Origin: Alphaproteobacteria bacterium
GTDB taxonomy: Bacteria; Pseudomonadota; Alphaproteobacteria; CADEGL01
Length of the DNA stretch: 64,000 nt
Assembly (NCBI GenBank): GCA_050180485.1
Contig: JBFXED010000003.1
Coordinates: 23,654-87,653 of the forward strand
Direction: 5' to 3'
A model generated the notes under the pieces. The model was given only the letters and a program-made list of their open reading frames with translations. It ran no database searches and was not told the origin of the DNA. Shown here piece after piece: positions 30,942-40,632 of this stretch; position 1 is the first letter of the stretch; the number at the start of each line of letters is the position of its first letter. The position numbers and the translations under genes were made by a program.

Positions 30942-32764
30942 GACCCGCGCCAAAATGCCTCCTCCCAGCTTTTCGACAACCGCATGGCGGAGGCGATCAA
31001 CCCGACCATGGAATAGGTTTGGGGGAAGTTGCCCCACAACTCGCAGGTCTTCGGATCCAGATCCTCCGACAGGAGGCCCAGATGGTTCCGGCGCGCGAGC
31101 AGCCGTTCGAAGATCGCGCGCGCTTCGTCCTTCCGGCCCACGGCGGCCAGCGCATCGATGTACCAGAAGGTGCAGACGGTGAAGGAAGTCTCCGGCGCGC
31201 CGAAATCGTCGGCGTCAACATAGCGGTAGAGATGGTCGCCGTGGCGCAGCGTCTTCTCGATGCTGGCGAGTGTGCCAAGGAACCGCGGATCGTCGGCCGC
31301 GAGAAAGCCCAGCTCGTGAAGCAGCAACAGGCTCGCGTCCATGGCGCTGCCGCCGAAGGACGCGACGAAGGTGTTGCGCGTCTTGTCATAGGCCTGGTCG
31401 AGGATCGTGGCGCGGATATGCGCGGCCACGTCATGCCAATGGCGTCCGCGTTCGGCCAGACCGAGGGCCCGCGCGATCTTGGACAGACGATCGCATGCCG
31501 CCCAGCACATGACGGCCGAATAGGTGTGGATCTCCGAGCGCGTGCGGTATTCCCAAAGGCCGGCGTCAGGCGTCAGCGCGGCTTCGGCGGCGCGCTCGCC
31601 CAGCTTTTCCAGCCGCTGGAACATGGCCACGTCGCCGCGCCGGGGCAGGCGGTGGTCAAAGAACATCTGTGCCGCCGCGAGAACAACACTACCGTAGCTG
31701 TCGTTCTGGACCTGGCCTGCGGCCGCGTTGCCGATGCGCACCGGCCCCATGCCCCGGTAGCCGGCGAGAGCCGTGGCGACACCTTCCTCGATCAGCGGGC
31801 GGCCCGGAACGACGGCGTAGACAGGCCCCAGCGTACCGTGCACATCGAGCGCCGCCACGTTCGTGATGTAGCGGATGTACTCTTCCATCGTCTGAGTCGC
31901 GCTCAGCCGATTGAGCGCCTGGACGACGAAATACGCGTCGCGCAGCCAGCAATAGCGGTAATCCCAATTGCGCTGGCTGCCCGGCGCTTCCGGGATTGAG
32001 GTCGTCAGTGCGGCCACGATGGCGCCGGTCTCCTCGAAGCTGCACAGCTTCAGCGTGATGGCCGCGCGGATGACGGCCTCCTGCCATTCGAACGGCACAG
32101 ACAGGAAGCGGCACCAGTCCTGCCAGTATTCCTCCGTCTGCTCGAGAAAGCGGCGGGCGGTTTCTGGCAGGCTGGCGGTGAAGCTTTCGTCCGGTCCCAG
32201 GATCAGGGTGACCGGCCGGTCCAGAACGAAGGGCTGCTCCTCCGCGATATAGGACACGGGCACGTCGGTCGAAAGGCGCAGCGTTCCGCTGGAGCCGACA
32301 TAGCGGATGTGATTGCTGCCGAAAGTGCGCGCCGGCTCCTCCGCGCCATAGGCGAAGCGGGGGCGAAGCCGCACGGTCAAGCGCGGGGCGCCCGCCACGG
32401 GTTCGATGCGGCGCACCAGCATGGCCGGGCGATAGACGCGGCCGAATTGTTTGAAGCGGGGCGCGAAATCGGTCACGCGCACGATGCCGCCGTTGCCGTC
32501 GGACAGGGTCGTCTCGACGATGGCCGTGTTGACGCGATAGGCTTGGGTTGCCGAGGCCTCGCCGTCGAGCACGACGTCGAACAGGCCGCCCGCCTTGCTC
32601 TCCGCATCCAGCAGGCTCGCGAAGAGCGGATCGCCGTCGAGACGGGGAAAGCAGGCCCAGACGATGCGCCCGCGTTTGTCGATCAACGCCGCGATGGTCG
32701 AGTTACCGATCGCCGCCAAATCGAGATTGGCCTCGCCTGCGCCGCGATGCGCCGAGTTGTCCAT
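30938..32764 (-). CDS. glycoside hydrolase family 15 (glucoamylase/trehalase-like)
   Basis: 608 aa from MDNSAHRG. GH15 (alpha/alpha)6 blocks WDYRYCWLRDAYF and TCTFWYIDAL. Lies upstream of and coupled to otsA. Confidence 0.85.
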   Translation of the reverse strand: MDNSAHRGAGEANLDLAAIGNSTIAALIDKRGRIVWACFPRLDGDPLFASLLDAESKAGGLFDVVLDGEASATQAYRVNTAIVETTLSDGNGGIVRVTDFAPRFKQFGRVYRPAMLVRRIEPVAGAPRLTVRLRPRFAYGAEEPARTFGSNHIRYVGSSGTLRLSTDVPVSYIAEEQPFVLDRPVTLILGPDESFTASLPETARRFLEQTEEYWQDWCRFLSVPFEWQEAVIRAAITLKLCSFEETGAIVAALTTSIPEAPGSQRNWDYRYCWLRDAYFVVQALNRLSATQTMEEYIRYITNVAALDVHGTLGPVYAVVPGRPLIEEGVATALAGYRGMGPVRIGNAAAGQVQNDSYGSVVLAAAQMFFDHRLPRRGDVAMFQRLEKLGERAAEAALTPDAGLWEYRTRSEIHTYSAVMCWAACDRLSKIARALGLAERGRHWHDVAAHIRATILDQAYDKTRNTFVASFGGSAMDASLLLLHELGFLAADDPRFLGTLASIEKTLRHGDHLYRYVDADDFGAPETSFTVCTFWYIDALAAVGRKDEARAIFERLLARRNHLGLLSEDLDPKTCELWGNFPQTYSMVGLIASAMRLSKSWEEAFWRGS

Positions 32765-32856
32765 GGAATAGCCTGCTCCCGCACGGAGGCTGTTCGCCGA
32801 AGCGATGCCCAATGAAGGAAAACGCGGCAGACCTGGGATGGTTCCAGACGAGGCGT

Positions 32857-33738
32857 TTAGGCTTTAGGGACGGAGATTCCGCGTTGGCGGCAGGCCGCCA
32901 CGACCGTGTTACGCAACAGACACGCAATCGTCATCGGACCGACGCCGCCCGGGACGGGCGTGATCGCGCCTGCGACCTTGGCGGCCTCCTCGAACGCCAC
33001 GTCGCCGACGAGGCGTCCCTTGCCGTCCGGCGTGGGCACACGGTTGATCCCGACGTCGATGACGACGGCGCCCGGTTGGATCCAATCGCCGCGCACCATC
33101 TCGGGCTTGCCCACTGCGGCGACCAGGATGTCGGCGCGGCGGCATTCGGCGGGCAGATCCTTGGTGCGCGAATGAGCAATGGTCACGGTGCAGCTTTCGC
33201 CCAGCAGCAGCATGGCCATAGGCTTACCTACGATGTTGGAGCGACCCAGCACCAGCGCGCGCTTGCCCGCCAGGTCCTTCACGCGGTCCTTGATCAGCAT
33301 CAGGCAGCCCAAGGGCGTGCAGGGCACCAGCGCATCGCCGCCGATCGCGAGCTTGCCGGCGTTGATGACATGGAAGCCGTCCACGTCCTTGGCCGGGTCG
33401 ATAGCGTCCAGAACCGCGGCGGGGTCGATCTGCTTGGGCAGCGGCAGTTGCACCAGGATGCCGTTTACCGCCGGATCGGCGTTGAGCTTGGCGACCAGCG
33501 CCAGAAGCTCGGCCTGGCCCGTGGTCGCGGGCAGCTTGTGTTCGAAGGAGCGCATGCCGGCCTCGACGGTCTGCTTGGCCTTGCTGCGCACATAGACTTG
33601 GCTGGCGGGGTCTTCCCCCACCAGCACCACGGCCAGGCCGGGCACCAGCCCATGATCTTTGGTCAGCCCAGCAACCTGTCGCGCGATGGTCGCGCGCAGA
33701 TTGGCGGCGAAGCCCTTGCCGTCGATGATCTCAGCCAC
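32857..33738 (-). CDS. folD: bifunctional 5,10-methylene-THF dehydrogenase / methenyl-THF cyclohydrolase
   Basis: GTG start (V)AEIIDGKG. Motifs [24 protein letters not shown] and GGVGPMT. Confidence 0.9.
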   Translation of the reverse strand: MAEIIDGKGFAANLRATIARQVAGLTKDHGLVPGLAVVLVGEDPASQVYVRSKAKQTVEAGMRSFEHKLPATTGQAELLALVAKLNADPAVNGILVQLPLPKQIDPAAVLDAIDPAKDVDGFHVINAGKLAIGGDALVPCTPLGCLMLIKDRVKDLAGKRALVLGRSNIVGKPMAMLLLGESCTVTIAHSRTKDLPAECRRADILVAAVGKPEMVRGDWIQPGAVVIDVGINRVPTPDGKGRLVGDVAFEEAAKVAGAITPVPGGVGPMTIACLLRNTVVAACRQRGISVPKA

Positions 33739-34060
33739 GTTGTCCTCCCAACCACGCATTGATTTGGCGGGCGAGGGCGGGCCCATCGCCGGCGACATGC
33801 ACGATCTTGCGCCGCGCGGCCGCACCGGAGGCGACCGACAGCGTGGTGCGCGGCACGTCCCATGCTTTGGCCAGGAGCTTCAGCACGGCCATGTTGGCCT
33901 TGCCGTCCTCGGGTGCCGCCGTGACCAACAATTTCAGCGCCGCGCGCCCATCCGCGTCGGTGATTAGCCCGTCGATCCGGTCGCGCCCCGCGCGTGGCGT
34001 CACGCGCAATGCAACACGCACGCCGTCGCTAGACACGGTGACGGGCGACGGTTCGCTCAC
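33731..34060 (-). CDS. DUF167 (YggU-like) protein
   Basis: 109 aa with [26 protein letters not shown], typical of UPF0235/YggU. Adjacent to yggT. Confidence 0.7.
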   Translation of the reverse strand: MSEPSPVTVSSDGVRVALRVTPRAGRDRIDGLITDADGRAALKLLVTAAPEDGKANMAVLKLLAKAWDVPRTTLSVASGAAARRKIVHVAGDGPALARQINAWLGGQRG

Positions 34061-34072
34061 GCGTCTAAAGCG

Positions 34073-34351
34073 TCAGAGAAAGTTCCGCTCCAGAAGCCGC
34101 TGCAGGAACCAGATGATGAGGATCAGGATGACCGGGGAGATATCGACGCCGCCCAGATTCGGCACGATGCGGCGGATCGGGCGCAGGGCGGGCTCGGTGA
34201 TTTTGTAGAGGAAGTCGTTCACCGAAAAGACGAAGCGGTTGTATGTGTTGACCACGTTGAACGCGATCAGCCACGACATGATCACGAAGGCGATCAGGCA
34301 CCACTTGTAGAGGTCGAGAACGACATAGATCAATTCGGCAATGGATTCCAT
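34073..34351 (-). CDS. YggT-family membrane protein
   Basis: 92 aa with two TM helices. The conserved yggT-yggU pair supports the call. Confidence 0.75.
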   Translation of the reverse strand: MESIAELIYVVLDLYKWCLIAFVIMSWLIAFNVVNTYNRFVFSVNDFLYKITEPALRPIRRIVPNLGGVDISPVILILIIWFLQRLLERNFL

Positions 34352-34550
34352 GACCGGTCTTTGCCCCCGGGGTCCGTCGTCGAAAAAAGCCTACAGGCGG
34401 GCCGGAAAACGCGCAAGCGCGCGGCGTGGGCTTGCGCCGACAAACCCTTCGCCCGGCTCGCAAAAATAGCGGTCGGCGGCCGCCTTGACGGGCTTCCCCC
34501 CGCCGGACATTATCCGCGCGCCTTTCCGAGGCACACGCATGCGTGGCTCG

Positions 34551-34626
34551 GGGCTGTAGCTCAGATGGGAGAGCGCCTCGTTCGCAATGAGGAGGTCAGG
34601 GGTTCGATTCCCCTCAGCTCCACCAC
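34551..34626 (+). tRNA. tRNA-Ala (anticodon CGC)
   Basis: 76 nt, GGGGCTGTAGCTCAGATGGGAGAGCGCCTCGTTCGCAATGAGGAGGTCAGGGGTTCGATTCCCCTCAGCTCCACCA. Cloverleaf with G3:U70, anticodon loop TTCGCAA, T-loop GGTTCGATTCC, encoded CCA. Confidence 0.85.
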
Positions 34627-34708
34627 TCTTTCTTCCCTTTTTCGCCCGGGTTCGTGGTGATCTAGCGTTCGACGTGGGGCTGTTCCGAACCGCCTCAGGG
34701 GAGACGTC

Positions 34709-35989
34709 TTGGATCGTTCTGTCAAGCAAGTGGCCATCATCGGCGGCGGCATCATGGGCTGCGCCGCAGCCTACTACCTGCGCCGGTTGGGCATTTCCGT
34801 CACCCTGTTCGAGCGTGGCGAGATCGGCACCGAGCAATCGAGCCGCGCGCTCGGTTATGTGCGCTGCCAGGGGCGCCACCGCGCGGAGCTGCCGCTGTCG
34901 GTGCTGGCGAATCGGATGTGGGAAACCTTGTCGGCCGAGCTGGAAGCCGACGTGGAGTATGTGCGCCAGGGCAACCTGGTGGTGGCGGAAACGGCGGCTG
35001 ATGAGGAACGGCTGCGCAGAAGTTGCGAGGCGGCACGGGCCAACGGCCTGTCCACCCGTGCCGTCGACCGCGCCGAGATCGCGCGCATTTCGCCGATGCT
35101 TCACGGTCCCTGGCGCTCCGGCATCTTTACGGAAGAGGACGGTCATGCGTCGCCGACCAAGGCGACCCAGGCTTTCGCCGCCGCCGCGCGACGCCTGGGC
35201 GCGGATCTGCGGACGAATGCGGGCGTGCGCGGTATCGCGGTTTCCGGCGGGCGCACGACGGGCGTGTGGACGGCGGACGGGCTGTTCGCGGCCGATGCCG
35301 TCATTTGCGTGGCGGGGATTTCGACGAATTTCTTTCTGCGCCCGCTCGGCGTGGCGCTCCCCATCCAGGTGGTGCGCAGCTCGAACCTCGAAACGGTGGT
35401 GAAGGACCCGTTCACGCGCACCGGCGTATGGACGCCCTATATCTCCATGCGGCCGCGGCTGGACGGCTCCTTCGCTTTCGGCACGGGCTATCGCGGCTCG
35501 CCGCCCGATCATGATCTGGGCGCGCCGACAATTAGCAGCCTCGGCTATTTCCTGCCGCGCTATCTGCGCAACCCGCGTCGGCCACGGCTGCGCCTCAACC
35601 GTGACTTCGGCGACAGCATCCGGCGGCGCGTCAGCGCGTCGGTGGCCACAACGCCGATGCCCGATCCGGTCATCAACCAGCCACAGATCGCCGAACGTCT
35701 GACCTGGGCGCAGAAATTCTTTCCCCATCTGGTGCCGCTAGAGGCGGCGCGCAGCTGGGCCTGCCGCATCGACGTGACGCCCGATCTAGTGCCCGCCATC
35801 GGCCCGTGGGGGCCGCCAGGCCTCTTCACCGCAGTCGGCTTCTGCGCGCACGGATTGGCGCTGGCGCCCATCGTGGGCAAGACCCTGGCGGAGCTGATCG
35901 CGACCGGCCGCAGCGACTTCGATCTACGCGGCCTCCGGCCCGGCCGCTTTCGGGAAAACGACCTGCAGGAAGACCCCGTCGCGCTTTGA
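34709..35989 (+). CDS. FAD-dependent oxidoreductase (DAO family)
   Basis: N-terminal dinucleotide fold VAIIGGGIMGCAAAYYL. 426 aa. Confidence 0.8.
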   Translation: MDRSVKQVAIIGGGIMGCAAAYYLRRLGISVTLFERGEIGTEQSSRALGYVRCQGRHRAELPLSVLANRMWETLSAELEADVEYVRQGNLVVAETAADEERLRRSCEAARANGLSTRAVDRAEIARISPMLHGPWRSGIFTEEDGHASPTKATQAFAAAARRLGADLRTNAGVRGIAVSGGRTTGVWTADGLFAADAVICVAGISTNFFLRPLGVALPIQVVRSSNLETVVKDPFTRTGVWTPYISMRPRLDGSFAFGTGYRGSPPDHDLGAPTISSLGYFLPRYLRNPRRPRLRLNRDFGDSIRRRVSASVATTPMPDPVINQPQIAERLTWAQKFFPHLVPLEAARSWACRIDVTPDLVPAIGPWGPPGLFTAVGFCAHGLALAPIVGKTLAELIATGRSDFDLRGLRPGRFRENDLQEDPVAL

Positions 35990-35992
35990 GCG

Positions 35993-36030
35993 CAAAAGAA
36001 GAGCGGCGGCTCCGGGGAAAGCCGCCGCTC
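35993..36030 (-). terminator. candidate intrinsic terminator for the DUF883 gene, between convergent genes
   Basis: Perfect 10-bp stem GAGCGGCGGC/GCCGCCGCTC with a 10-nt loop. On the minus-strand RNA it is followed by UUCUUUUG. Confidence 0.45.
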
Positions 36031-36088
36031 CGGATACCGGGCCCCGCGCGAAGCGGGATCGGTATCGCTTTCCGTCAGATGACAGTGA

Positions 36089-36337
36089 TCAGCGCGTGAA
36101 GCGGCCGATCAGGAATGCCGCCAGGGCGCCGCCGCCGAAAGCCAGCGCGACCGAGGTCAGCGGCTTGGCCGATACGGTGTCCCGCGCGTAGGTCACGGCG
36201 CGTTCGCCTTCGGTACGGGCCGTTTTCGCGATGCCGTTCACCGCCATCTCGGCCGCCATCGCGGCGCTCGCGATGATGCCGTCAATCTCGCGGCGGCCGT
36301 GGGCCTTGCCGGTTCCGTTCAATATCTGTCGAGCCAT
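36089..36337 (-). CDS. DUF883 (ElaB/YqjD-like) membrane-anchored stress protein
   Basis: 82 aa from MARQIL with AGGAGA RBS. C-terminal TM anchor VALAFGGGALAAFLIGRF preceded by a coiled region. Confidence 0.7.
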   Translation of the reverse strand: MARQILNGTGKAHGRREIDGIIASAAMAAEMAVNGIAKTARTEGERAVTYARDTVSAKPLTSVALAFGGGALAAFLIGRFTR

Positions 36338-36548
36338 TGGACGTCTCCTACGAACATTCAAAACATCGCTGCCAAGCCCATCGGATGGCCGCGTCTCTGA
36401 CCGTTAAACCGCGGGCACGCATCGCGGTTCCCGTTTCTTCGCGATCGCGATATGTAACCCGAATTCGCCGCAATCCGGTCGCTGCGCCGCCTTGACCGCA
36501 TCCCTCAGCTCCCATCAGCATGGGCGGCGAACGTGGGAGTCCGGGGGA

Positions 36549-37042
36549 ATGCAGAAACTCGTCGCATGCGTGACCATCGTCGCCATGCTGACGGCGTGCG
36601 CGACACGAATCCCAAAGTGGACATGACCAATGTGGACCGCGTGAAGTACGACGCGGATCTGCAGGAGTGTCGCGACCAAAGCGATTCACCATTTAAGGAC
36701 GTATAGAAGAGCACCACCCTTGGAGCGCTGACCGGCGGTGGTTTGACCGCGGGCGGGTTATCGAACCAATCGGGCCAATCGAAGGAAGCCGCAACGGTCG
36801 GCCTTCTGATCGTGGTGGGCGCGGCTGCCATAGGTGCGGTGGCCGGCCTGGTTGCGGGTGCGGCAGGCAGGCCGGTAAGCGGGAAAGTCCTCGCCCAATG
36901 CATGAAGGACAGGGGCTATGGCGTGAACGACGAGCCGCTGGCTCAGTCCCGTTCACCTTCGGCGGGCGAATCCACGATTCCGGATGATTTGTGCCCGACC
37001 GACATGATGCCGGAACAGATCGGTCAGGCGGTTCCCATATGA
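36549..37042 (+). pseudogene. glycine-zipper lipoprotein gene disrupted by a frameshift and an in-frame TAG
   Basis: Frame 0 reads MQKLVACVTIVAMLTAC-ATRIPKWT* (lipobox LTAC). Frame +2 continues KVDMTNVDRVKYDADLQECRDQSDSPFKDV*(TAG). Same frame after TAG gives KSTTLGALTGGGLTAGGL...VGAAAIGAVAGLVAGAAG...AQCMKDRGYG, a Gly-zipper plus C--RGY motif. Confidence 0.4.
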
Positions 37043-37236
37043 TCGCGCAGCATGGCGGCGATGGCCTGGGGCTGGTCTAGGACGGCGGTCACGTCGATGC
37101 CGTCATAGCCGGGTTGATTTTCCAGGTCGGCGCGCTTCAACCGCCAACGCCCGCGACACTGCACAACATGGCCACACACCTCGCCGTCGATCCGGATATT
37201 GAATTGCCACGCCCGCTCGCGATCCAGCATGCCCAT
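37024..37236 (-). CDS. hypothetical small protein (70 aa)
   Basis: ORF MGMLDRERAWQFNIRIDGEVCGHVVQCRGRWRLKRAD..., 77 nt downstream of the hybrid kinase on the same strand. No recognisable family. Confidence 0.3.
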   Translation of the reverse strand: MGMLDRERAWQFNIRIDGEVCGHVVQCRGRWRLKRADLENQPGYDGIDVTAVLDQPQAIAAMLRDHMGTA

Positions 37237-37313
37237 TGTCTTCGCCTTCCTTAACCCAGCTTGTTGCGCTGGTGAAGAAACGCGGAAACGGAGCGAAAGT
37301 TCGTCGATCTGGG

Positions 37314-39008
<1,695 letters not shown>

Positions 39009-39121
39009 GCCTAGCCCGTCCCAAGCGGCGCCAATTTTGGCGCCGCCGTCACGGACGGGATTGTACGGACCCGCACAAAAGCCTCAAGGTGCGGTGTGCG
39101 TCCCTAATAGTTGCAAAATGA

Positions 39122-39150
39122 AAAGGGCGCGGATTTCGCCGCGCCCTTCC
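39122..39150 (-). terminator. rho-independent terminator after the Gly-rich secreted protein gene
   Basis: Minus-strand RNA AAGGGCGCGG-cgaaau-CCGCGCCCUU followed by UUCAUUUUG, starting about 18 nt after the stop codon. Confidence 0.5.
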
Positions 39151-39167
39151 ATTAGAACATTGAAAAT

Positions 39168-39548
39168 TTACGGTGAGGTTTTCACGCCGCCTTTGGCGCC
39201 CGCGCCACCGCTCGCGCGCATACCGCCGCTGGCGTCATTGGACTGCGATTGCGCGCCGACACCCGTGCTGGTGCCCGCACCCGCTCCCGCGCCGACACCG
39301 ACGCCGGTGTTACCGCTCGGCGCCGCGCCCAGATTCACGCCCGCCCCGACGCCCGTGTTCGCGCCCACGCCAGCACCCGTGCTGGAGTTTGTGCCGCTGT
39401 TGGAGCCGTTGCCGCCCGCGGCGGCGCCCGCACCTGCCTTGGTGCCAACGCCCACACCCACATCCGCGGCGGAGGCGGACGGAAGATCAGCCAAGCCCAG
39501 CGCGCCGACCAGGGCGGCGGCGGAGGCGAAATAAACGAACTTCTTCAT
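39168..39548 (-). CDS. secreted glycine/alanine/threonine-rich low-complexity protein
   Basis: Signal peptide MKKFVYFASAAALVGALGLADLPSASA followed by about 100 aa of G/A/V/T/S/N repeats (GVGVGTKAGAGAAAGG...TGVGVGAGAGAGTSTGVGA). Own terminator downstream. Confidence 0.5.
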   Translation of the reverse strand: MKKFVYFASAAALVGALGLADLPSASAADVGVGVGTKAGAGAAAGGNGSNSGTNSSTGAGVGANTGVGAGVNLGAAPSGNTGVGVGAGAGAGTSTGVGAQSQSNDASGGMRASGGAGAKGGVKTSP

Positions 39549-39660
39549 GACGCATCCCTTTTCGTTGTGAACTTTTCCGCGCGGGCAACGCCAGCGCAGT
39601 CCTCGCTTTTCGAGGTCCGCACATTCAATTCACAGATTGGTCACCGGGTTCCATGATGCG

Positions 39661-39699
39661 GCAACGGCATCGCCGGGATTTCTCCCGCGATGCCGTTGC
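39661..39699. repeat. perfect 13-bp-stem inverted repeat (GCAACGGCATCGC-N13-GCGATGCCGTTGC)
   Basis: Read directly from the sequence. Lies between the enoyl-CoA hydratase stop and the Gly-rich gene start. No adjacent U-run. Confidence 0.6.
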
Positions 39700-39742
39700 G
39701 TTCCGATCAAGGCGAAATCGCGGCGGTGAAGCCGCGACCAGA

Positions 39743-40543
39743 TCAACCGCCCTTCACGCCCTTCTTCTGGAAATCCACATCCCAGTTCTGCGTGGTGCTG
39801 ACGACACGCTGCAGGCGGAACATATGGTCGGTCAGCGCATAGGCATTGTCGCTGTCTAGATCCTCGCAGCGCACGAACACCTCCATCTCCGTTCGGATAG
39901 CCATCAACGGATGGCGCGTGACGCGGGCGGCCAAGGCCTTGGCGCGGTCCAGCACCTCGGCGTCTTCCACCACTTCGTTGACCAAGTTGATGCGCAGAGC
40001 TTCGTTCGCATCGATTGCATCGCCGGTCAAGCACAGCCGCATGGCCTCGACGCGCGGCAGGTGGCGGTAGATGCGCGCCATGCCGGCCGCGCCACCCATG
40101 CCGTAGGCGATTTCCGGCAAGCCGAACTTGGCTGTCTTCCCCGCGATGCGCATGTCGGTCAGGTGCAAGAGGTAGATCATGCCTTGGCCCAGGCACCAGC
40201 CTTTCACCGCACCGATGATCGGCTTGAAGCGCTTCATGCGCAGCACTTCGCGTTCCCAGCCGGGGTAGTTGGGCTCATCGTCTTCGTTGGTGTGCGGATA
40301 GTAGTGCCGCATCACCCGGTCCTCGCCCTCAAGCGGCTTGCGCCGCGTCTTCAGATCGTCGCCGGCCGAGAAGGCGCGATCGCCCTTGGCTGTCAGGATG
40401 CCGATCTTGAGCGACCGGTCGCGCTGGAATTTGTCCAGCGCCTGATATAGTTGCTTGTGAATCTCCGGATTCAGCGGATTGACTTTGCCATTGTCGATCG
40501 TGAAGGTGGCGACCTCGCCATCGGTTTCATAAATCAGCGGCAT
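39743..40543 (-). CDS. enoyl-CoA hydratase/isomerase (crotonase) family protein
   Basis: 266 aa from MPLIYETDG. Crotonase blocks ILTAKGDRAFSAGDDL and GAVKGWCLGQGMIY. Confidence 0.85.
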   Translation of the reverse strand: MPLIYETDGEVATFTIDNGKVNPLNPEIHKQLYQALDKFQRDRSLKIGILTAKGDRAFSAGDDLKTRRKPLEGEDRVMRHYYPHTNEDDEPNYPGWEREVLRMKRFKPIIGAVKGWCLGQGMIYLLHLTDMRIAGKTAKFGLPEIAYGMGGAAGMARIYRHLPRVEAMRLCLTGDAIDANEALRINLVNEVVEDAEVLDRAKALAARVTRHPLMAIRTEMEVFVRCEDLDSDNAYALTDHMFRLQRVVSTTQNWDVDFQKKGVKGG

Positions 40544-40632
40544 CTTCGGCTTCCTTGTTCGAGCGTGATGGATCAGCCTGTCACAGCGCCGCGGTTTGCG
40601 AAACCGCCCCACCACTTGATTACGGAGTGAAC

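Noticed and set aside
36338-36548. EcfG-type general-stress promoter (GGAAC-N16-17-CGTT) upstream of the DUF883 and lipoprotein genes
   Set aside because: I looked for the consensus on both strands because DUF883 and Gly-zipper genes are typical sigma-EcfG targets. No match with correct spacing was found, only a partial GTTCC.
34551-37300. Genomic island at tRNA-Ala
   Set aside because: No integrase, no direct repeat of the tRNA 3' end, and no compositional shift.
39170-39540. Possible CRISPR or tandem-repeat array
   Set aside because: The repeats are imperfect, short (6-12 nt) and in-frame codon repeats inside an ORF, with no repeat-spacer periodicity and no cas genes. Low-complexity coding sequence, not CRISPR.
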